In this document: piece by piece, positions 55,346 to 64,000 of the stretch
Layout of the letters: each line of letters begins with the position of its first letter
Numbering within the stretch: position 1 is the first letter of the stretch
Notes under the pieces: model-generated
Told to the model about the DNA's origin: nothing
Seen by the model: the letters and a program-made list of their open reading frames with translations, nothing else
Database searches by the model: none
Source of the DNA: Octopus vulgaris
Lineage: Eukaryota
Direction: 5' to 3'
NCBI GenBank assembly: GCA_951406725.2
Contig: OX597834.1
Span: 14,694,001 to 14,758,000 of the forward strand
DNA length: 64,000 nt
Translations under genes and position numbers: made by a program

Positions 55346-57222
55346 GATATCCATTACCTTTTACGTCTTTACTACTTTACTGCTAGTCTACATTAAAATT
55401 TTACTTGTTTAAATTATAATGCAGTATCTTAAGAAAACTAAGTTAAGTGTCTTACTATTTCATTGATCAAATGCTTTTAAAGAGTTTGAGAGGCGGCATT
55501 AATGGCTGCCATATAATTTTGTAATCTACGGTAGCCATTTCCAAATATAATATCCAGTGTATAAATAGGTTAAGTTCTTGTGTATCACTGCAATTTCGTT
55601 TGCCGTAGCTGCTTCGCAAAATATGTTAATATTATTGATGACACTCATCAAACGCCAAGGAATGGTTAATTTATTATTTCTCTCTTTTGATTGTGTCTTA
55701 TTATTCATTGTTTATTCTTCCTCGTTTCACTTTGCTCGGCATTAGTCTTATCTATGCCATATTATATTTAATATGCAGATATAACTAGCGTATATATTAT
55801 CTCAATAAAATTGTATATCGTGTGTCCGACTTATCCGTCTCATCCATTGTATTACGAATTTTCTCCTCTTCATTCTGTCTCCAAGTATATCTTAATGTTA
55901 CTAATATACTTCATCAGAAACAAATAAAAAAAAAACATATAAAATAAATTCAAAATAGCGAAGAATTTTGTGGATAGAATTTTGGGTCTTATGCGAAATT
56001 AAAGAGGCTTGTTATCTTTCAATTTCTTTGGGTTTTTTTTTAGTGATTTTCTTAAATCAAAAGTTTACACAAAGCAAATCTACTATCACCTTCAGATAGT
56101 TATTTGTTTGAAAGCGCGTAAAGTTAGAGACTGTAAACACTAAGAACTATAATAAATTGTTTCTAGAAAGCCTCTCTTTCAGTTTTAAACCGGACCTAGG
56201 ATTTTTCTTTTATCTTCCACTTCTGAAAAGTTTTATAATAACCAGATTTTACTAATTAATTATTGACGTCAACAAAAATCTGGCCAATAGGGTTATATGT
56301 AATCATCTGCCGAATGTACAAGTACTACGACGAAGATGAGAACCTCGACGCGGAGGCCATGTACTTGTGCAACTAACTTTCTTCACTTTTGATCTTGTAC
56401 ACTTGCAATTGCACTTCCGTGTGGGAAATTTCATACGACGAAACTTATTTATAATTTAATTAAATTTAGTTGTTTACAGTTTATTTTAGTGTATTTCTTC
56501 ATTCATATTTTTCTAAATAGATTTTCCTGAAACCCAGTAAAGTATAGCAATCCGCTGATGCACAGCAAGTCTGGCTAGCTAACATGTACCATGGTTTTGC
56601 TCAGGATTTTTAGGTGAGCCGCTAATTACAAGGACGCTAAAAGCAGAACAACCCAGAGGCAACAGCTGGAGTAAAGGACGGGTACACCCTCGACCTTATG
56701 AGGTAATTTATAGCTGGGTGGTATGGAGCAACAACGAAACGAACTACATTGTTGAATGGTACCACTTTGTCCAAGAATTCAACTGGAGACGTTATGGTTA
56801 TAAAGCAAATATGTACAACAATTAGGTTATAAGCCAGTGTGCCATGCTTTTTTTACATATCAGCAAAAATGACGTAAATCGTTACTATTATCCGGGAAGC
56901 AACGCAAAAATAAGGCCACTTAGATGGCCAGAAATTGAAAATTGCTCACACCAAGCAGCTGGGATGTAACAGTGATTAGAAATGAGTAATTAATATGCAG
57001 AAAACATTCGACAAATCTGCAACTGTCTTCAAGAATTCCAAGCCTATATAGTCTAATTTTTCAATCCACTAAAGTATCAAATTCCATCTATCAAAATGTA
57101 TATTCGAATGTAAGGACAAAAAAGCATGCAAGTTTAGGAGTTACAAATATATAGATCGCCAGCTAGCTAGCTAAGTGGATAGATAGTTAGATAGATAGAT
57201 AGATTGATAGATAGATAGATAT

Positions 57223-57277
<55 letters not shown>

Positions 57278-57300
57278 CATATATACATAGAAAAAAAGAA

Positions 57301-57337
<37 letters not shown>

Positions 57338-57568
57338 TAAACAGACAGACAGATAGACAGATAGACAGACAGACGGACGGTCATATAGATAGAGAGAAAG
57401 AGAGATACAGACAGAGACAGAATACATTTTCACATGGTGACTATAAAGAATCTACCATTTCGAATGCGTTTTTACGCATTTTCGTGAATTCGTTTTTGTG
57501 TTTTTTTTATTACTGTTGTCTTTCATACCTTCGGTATTGCTGTCAGTAAAACTGATGCTTTACTTATC

Positions 57569-57636
<68 letters not shown>

Positions 57637-58235
57637 CATCATTATTATTATTGTTTATGCTGTTATCGTAATCGTCGAGTATTGTCATCGCTGTCTTTAT
57701 TTGTTGTCTTATTCACACATTTCCTTCTATTTCCACATGTCTGCGTTTCCCTATCAGCTACTGCCAGATCAATTGTATCTTTCAATCTATTTCAGATCTT
57801 CATTTCTTACCAACACAACGAACGCAAAACAGATTTTATACACAAATAAAACCACAGCCGAAAATTCCACTTATTCAGATTGCTTTCTTACATTCTGTTT
57901 TCCCCTTTTTCTTATGTTTACCACACATTCTCTTCTATTATTTTCCCCTACTTTTTTCTTCTATTTTCATCATGCATATTTGTCTCTCCATCTATCCATC
58001 CGTTTAGCTATCATTCCTACATCTATCTATATACGCGTGTTGTTTTAAGAGTATTTCTGCATACATGTTTGTATTTATATATAAGCTTTTATATGTGCGC
58101 GTCATAATTTCACGTATATTTTCCTTTATTTTATTTCTGACACGTTATTTTTAGTTCTAAGCTAAATTTCCGAGGAAGATTTAGGTTGATATAAACAAGT
58201 CTGAATGGAGATGTGTTATTTGTTTTATGTTCACG

Positions 58236-58273
<38 letters not shown>

Positions 58274-58569
58274 GTTTTAATTTTCTGTGTGTATTTAGAT
58301 GTTTTCATTTTGCTTAATGTGCTTTTCTTTTTTTGCTTTTCTTTACTATTTTTGTTATTGTTGTGTTTCTGAAAACGTTTTATAAATAAGGAATTTGGCA
58401 CGTACAGATCTGCTAATTATGGACAAACTAGCAGGAAATCTGCAACAAGAAGAATGTCGATCATATATATTTTTGTGGAATTTATCTATACACGAAGGCA
58501 ACACAAACAGAAGTGCAAAACAAAGAATATAGAAAATAGTGTATTATATATGGAAATGATCGAAAGACG

Positions 58570-59190
58570 ATGAGCGAACAAAATACAGAGACAGACCGAG
58601 ATATTCAGAGTGAGAGAGAGTAAGAAAGTAAAAGGAAGGAGACATAGAGCGAGACACAAAGAGGCAGAGAGAATGAGACAGAGAGAATGAGACAGAGAAG
58701 GAGAGTTCGAGACAGAGACACACACATTTAATGCGAGAGACACACAACGAGAATCAGAGATACAGAGGTAGAGGCGGAGAATCACAAAACTAAAGAGTTA
58801 GTGAGTCACAGAGTGAGAGAAATAGAGAAAGCGAGAGCGAGAGAGACAGAGACTCAGAACGAGAGAGGAGAGACGTAGGGACACAGAGTGAGCGACGGAG
58901 AAACAGTGAGATGGTGACACAAACGGCGACAGAAACAAAGAGGGAGAGAGACTAAGAACGAGAGACGAAGAGATATAGAAAGAGAGAGAGAGAGAGAGAG
59001 AGTCGAAGTGACAGTAAGATGGTGAAACAAAGGGCGAAAGAAGCAAAGAGGGAGAGAAAAACGAAGAACGAGAGACGAAGAGACACAGAGCGAGAGACGA
59101 AGAGACACAGAGCGAGAGACGAAGAGACACTGAGATGGTGACACAAAGGGCGAAAGAAGCAAAGAGGAAGAGAGTGACTAAGAAAGAAAG
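58570..59190. repeat. GA-rich low-complexity region with 22-bp internal repeats
   Basis: cgagagacgaagagacacagag about x3, and a repeated gatggtga.acaaa.ggcga block. Confidence 0.8.
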
Positions 59191-59549
59191 CAAAAATAGC
59201 ATTGAAATGGTTATGTGTATGAGTATTTATACTTACGTTTGTCATTAGAGGAATCTTTGAGGATGGACAATTTTCTAAAAGAAGCCATTTAGAATTATCC
59301 ATCGTTTATATATATTATGGATGAATCTTTGGTCTTTATCACCTGGACCATGGTTTCAGATTTCACCTAGCCAATTATTACATTTCCTAAAAAAAATTCT
59401 GAAACCATTGGTCCAGGAGTTAGATGGTAAATGTATTTTTACTTTCCATTCCCTTCGAAGTTTATCCCTAATAGTGGTTTCTATGTTAGCTGTTCCTTCT
59501 AGCGTGCAAGAAATCCTATGACGGATAACTCGAATGTGTTTAAATGTAC

Positions 59550-59613
<64 letters not shown>

Positions 59614-59851
59614 TAAAAGGAATTCCAACCTTGTCTGATTTTCACGTTTTATTTACAATCTTATAATGATATAATATAATATAATATAATATAATATAAT
59701 ATAATAAATAAAATAATAAAATAATAGCATGTTAAATGTCCATTCTGATTGAACTAGTACTTTCATGCATTAAATTCTGCAATCTTCATGTAGTAGTGGT
59801 GACAATCATGCTTCACAATTTTTGACTGTGAGGTATATATACAGGCACCCG

Positions 59852-59900
<49 letters not shown>

Positions 59901-60119
59901 AAATATTAGGGAATAAATCCAAACTTACAGGGAAAAATCAGATTTAGGATTGAATCAACTTTTATAGTAAAATATTATATTATATTAAATTAGAGATAAA
60001 ACCACTATTAGGCAAATCATACAATGAAAACCTTAAGCCAATACATAAGATTATTTAATTTATATTATTTAAATATATATCAAAATTATTAAAAAAGATA
60101 ATTAATATAATTAATATAA

Positions 60120-60183
60120 CACTACGATCGTTTCATGGCTGTTCAATTCTTAAAATTTTCGAGTTACAGTCATTCTTCAGGTG
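60120..60183 (-). ncRNA. Minimal type-I hammerhead ribozyme, canonical core CUGAAGA
   Basis: Minus strand: cac-CTGAAGA-atgactgt..acagccat-GAAAC-GATC-GTA-gtg. Confidence 0.8.
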
Positions 60184-60239
60184 GTTTAAATATTTAAATA
60201 TTTAACTTGATTAAACCTCGCCAAGTTAAATATTTAAAC

Positions 60240-60303
60240 CACCTGATGAATGACTGTAACTCAAAAATTTTAAGAATTGAACAGCCATGAAACGATCGTA
60301 GTG
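60240..60303 (+). ncRNA. Minimal type-I hammerhead ribozyme, canonical core CUGAUGA
   Basis: cac-CTGATGA-atgactgt..acagccat-GAAAC-GATC-GTA-gtg. Predicted cleavage after 60300. Confidence 0.8.
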
Positions 60304-60422
60304 TTATATTAATTAACTTTTTTAATAATTTTGATATATATTTAAATAATATAAATTAATTAATCTTACGTATTGGGTTAAGTTTTTCATTGTATGATTT
60401 GCCTAATTGGTTTTATCTCTAA

Positions 60423-60563
<141 letters not shown>

Positions 60564-61063
60564 TATATACATATATGTTAAATAAAATGAGGCAAAATAC
60601 TAGTGGGTGTGTGGAATTTTCGTCTCATTTTATTTAACATACATGGTCATACAAGACCCGCATTAGACTTTTCACTCGTATCATTATGGAACCAAGAGTT
60701 TAACTGCGGTACTTCCATTTCACTCAAATAGCGGTGCCTGCCACCCTGGGTCTTCTGGATGCCTATACCTCACATGTCTTTACATATATATATGTGTGTG
60801 TGCGTGTGTGTGTGTGTGTGTTTGTGCGTGTAATGACTAAATACAAAAATTTTTTTACATACATCTACCGAGGGTTTCCTGGTCGAAATCATTTATTTCG
60901 TCATTTTTCAAGCTGACAAAAAAGACCGTTTGTCGGTAAACTTTTGGGTTGATAACGATTAAAGAAAAGATGCTGGTAAAGAGGAAAACAGGAAGAAAAA
61001 TACAAGGGAGATAACCAACTTTACAATAATACGCAGCTGTTAATGGTTTATTTAATGTTTACT

Positions 61064-61296
61064 AAGGCGGCGAGCTGGCAGAAACGTTAGCACGCCGGGC
61101 GAAATGCGTAGCCGTATTTTGTCTGCCGTTACGTTTTGAGTTCAAATTCCGCCGAGGTAGACTTTGCCTTTCATACTTTCGGGGTCGATAAATTAAGTAC
61201 CAGTTACGCACTGGGGTCGATATAATCGACTTAATCCGTTTGTCTGCCCTTGTTTGTCCCCTCTGTGTTTAGCCCCTTGTGGGTAGTAACGAAATA
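61064..61296 (+). mobile_element. SINE family B (young), full length, 19-bp TSD
   Basis: GGTTTATTTAATGTTTACT at 61045-61063 and 61297-61315. Confidence 0.93.
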
Positions 61297-62009
61297 GGTT
61301 TATTTAATGTTTACTTTTAAATTACAAGATGTATTTCTTGAAATGCGAACAGATATTCGTTAGAGGTTCTAATTGATGAAATATATAGATCAATATATAA
61401 AACCCAAATTGTTTTTATTATTTGTTTTATTCTAATGGAATGTATATTTTATGTTTTTTTCTTATTATCGGTATATTACGTTTTAATTGATTTTAATTTT
61501 AATTATATTTTATCAATCTTTTTTCTTTTATTCTGGTATACTTCATTTCATTATTTATACGAGAAACATTCTTTTATTCTATCTCAGTTCAGTAATGGCG
61601 ACAGAATGCTTCGATTACTAAAATGCATTGTTATAGAAATAAGCAAACTTGCAAGTAAAAAAAACTGGGTACTTATTAGAAACACCACCCGAGGAGACGT
61701 ATCATCTGCACCTATGATGAATGAGAATTGATAGTATGGCATCTCACCTGCAGGGTAAGGGCTGATTGATGAATTGGAACGATGGAAACGGTCTTGTGTA
61801 AAGAGTCTCATGAATTCCATTTTCTGTTTTTCATATGTTTGAAAATATACTGAACATATGAATGTTCAGTATGGTCTCTTCAAAAACTTGCGATCCTTCA
61901 ACGGATGCATAAAATTCGAGGAACGAGACTTGTTCTCTGTGTCTCCCTCATCGGGATTGAAACGGAAACCACGTGGCTGCAAAGGGGATTTCTTTAACCA
62001 CAGAGTCAT

Positions 62010-62431
62010 ACTCTCTTTACTCTTTTACTCTTTTACTTGTTTCAGTCATTTGACTGCGGCCATGCTGGAGCACCGCATTTGATCGAGCAAATCGACCACG
62101 GGATTTATTCTTTTGTAAGCCCAGTACTTACTCTATCGGTCTTTTTTGCCGAACCGCTAAGTAACGGGGACATAAAGACACCAGCATCGGTTGTCAAGCA
62201 ATGCTAGGGGGACAAACACAGCTACACCAACACACACATGCATATATATATATATATATATATACATATATACGACGGGCTTCTTTTCAGTTTCCGTAAA
62301 CCAAATCCACTCACAAGGCTCTGGTCGGCCCGAGGCTATAGTAGAAGACACTTGCCCAAGGTGCCACGCAGTGGGACTGAACCCGGAACCATGTGGTTGG
62401 TAAACAAGCTACTTACCACACAGCCACTCCT
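62010..62431 (-). mobile_element. SINE family A, near full length
   Basis: Colinear with 9223-9648. Confidence 0.9.
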
Positions 62432-62811
62432 CAATATTACAAGCATGATATTACAAAATATCATGCTCGTAATATTTTTCAATTTGAAACAGCCGGTCTG
62501 ACTTGAAGAAGATTAATCATCATGTATGCACCAACACCCAAGACAACGTCAGACATCTCTAAATTGATACGAAATTTTATCGTTATACATAACTAAGCAA
62601 CTACTTTTACAGTAAGTTCAATAGGCATTTCATAAAAAAGCCTTCCAGTCATGAACATCGCGTTTATCTTAAATGAGATATACTTTTGACTTCTCTCCGA
62701 GTATGATGAGTGTTGAGAACTTATTTAATAATCTGTACAGATAACCTTAACAAGTAATCTAGAGACTCCTGCGATACCTCCTCAAAATATTACTGATACT
62801 TCTCTGAGGTT

Positions 62812-63217
62812 GTGGATGCGCGTAGCTTAGTGGTTAGGGTGTCAGCATCATGATCGCAAGATTGTGGTTTTGATTCCTGGACCGGGCGACGCATTGTGTT
62901 CTTGAGCAAAACACTTCATTTCACGTTGCTCCAGTCCACTCAGCTGGCAAAAATGAGTTACGCTGCGATGGACTGGCGTCCCGTCCAGCTGGGGAGCACA
63001 TGCGCTATAGAAACCGGGAAACCGGGCCTATGAGCCTGACTAGGCTTTAAAAGGGCGCATTTATTTAGTGGAGGTGCGTGACTTAGTGGTTAGGGAGTCA
63101 CTATCATGATCGCAAGATTGTGTTTTCGATTCCTGGGCCAGCTGGAGAACACATACGCCTTTGAAACCGGGAAACCGGGTCCATGAGCCTGGCTAGGCTT
63201 TAAAAGGACGCATTTAT
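62812..63217 (+). mobile_element. SINE family D dimer: full copy (62812-63066) plus an internally deleted copy (63068-63217)
   Basis: Both match 27652-27900; the second jumps from ttcctgggc to cagctggagaac. Confidence 0.85.
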
Positions 63218-63774
63218 TTTATTGTCTGACGTTAGCCATATCTGTGTTCCATATTAAAAAATATATATATATTAATATCTTTTCGTAGCGCTATCAATCA
63301 GATTTCATAAAATATACGTAGATAACATTAAGCCGCACAGCAGATAACTAATTAATTAAAACTCTTTCATGTATCTGTAGCTCTGATTTACGTCTTTCGT
63401 AATGGGCTTATTTCATAATATAGTTGCTTAGAGATCTACTGTATTTCAATTAACTTTATCGCCCTCGTACCAAATTAAAATAGATGTGATTGAATTAAAT
63501 CGACTATGTAGCAATTAACGTTATAAATTTACAGAATATATGTGAATTATTTACAGTATAATGTATATACATACAGTAAAACAACTCGCAAACACACACA
63601 CATATAAACACACACGTGTGTGTGTGTGTGTGAGAGAGTGTGTGTATGAACGCAGAAATTCCTACATTTATATATATTCAGATTTACTAATTATGTATAT
63701 GTGTGTATTCTTATGTCTCTGTCAAGCTCTCTTTTTCTGTATCTCTGTATACATATACAAATATGTACACACAC

Positions 63775-63807
<33 letters not shown>

Positions 63808-63845
63808 TGTATGTATGTATGTATGTATGTATGTATGTATGTATG

Positions 63846-63876
<31 letters not shown>

Positions 63877-64000
63877 GAATGTGCATGCACATATATACAT
63901 ATACATATATGTGCCGTTCGGAGTGAGCGAGATGAAACCTTTAGATTCATCGACTGACAGATAAAGTTTCAGACAGTAGAAATGACTAATATAAAGACAT

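Noticed and set aside
59751-59793. Decayed hammerhead (ATGAAGA..tgca/tgca..GAAA-GTAC-TA) as a separate feature
   Set aside because: Unpaired A3/G8 and only a 2-bp stem I; counted only as a weak member of the overall finding.

Overview
AT-rich, repeat-saturated animal non-coding DNA, most likely an octopus-type (coleoid cephalopod) genome. That assignment is an inference from the SINE families and the extreme (TA)n/(GATA)n/(TATG)n density. No host protein-coding gene can be supported, and nearly all ORFs in the track are translated microsatellites. The window holds four tRNA-headed SINE families (called A-D here), 5'-truncated LINEs (CR1-type RT, two RTE-type, one putative LINE 3'UTR), Tc1/mariner remnants, a complete non-autonomous Helitron, a 5S rRNA-derived fragment and several mini- and microsatellites. 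The most interesting signal is about a dozen minimal type-I hammerhead-ribozyme (HHR) folds carried by short non-coding elements that mostly sit in (TA)n tracts, resembling Penelope pLTRs or retrozymes. Two loci are long head-to-head inverted repeats with one HHR on each strand. The cores show three Watson-Crick versions of the 3:8 tertiary pair (C:G, U:A and G:C), plus U4C and A6U variants. All folds were made by eye and activity is untested.
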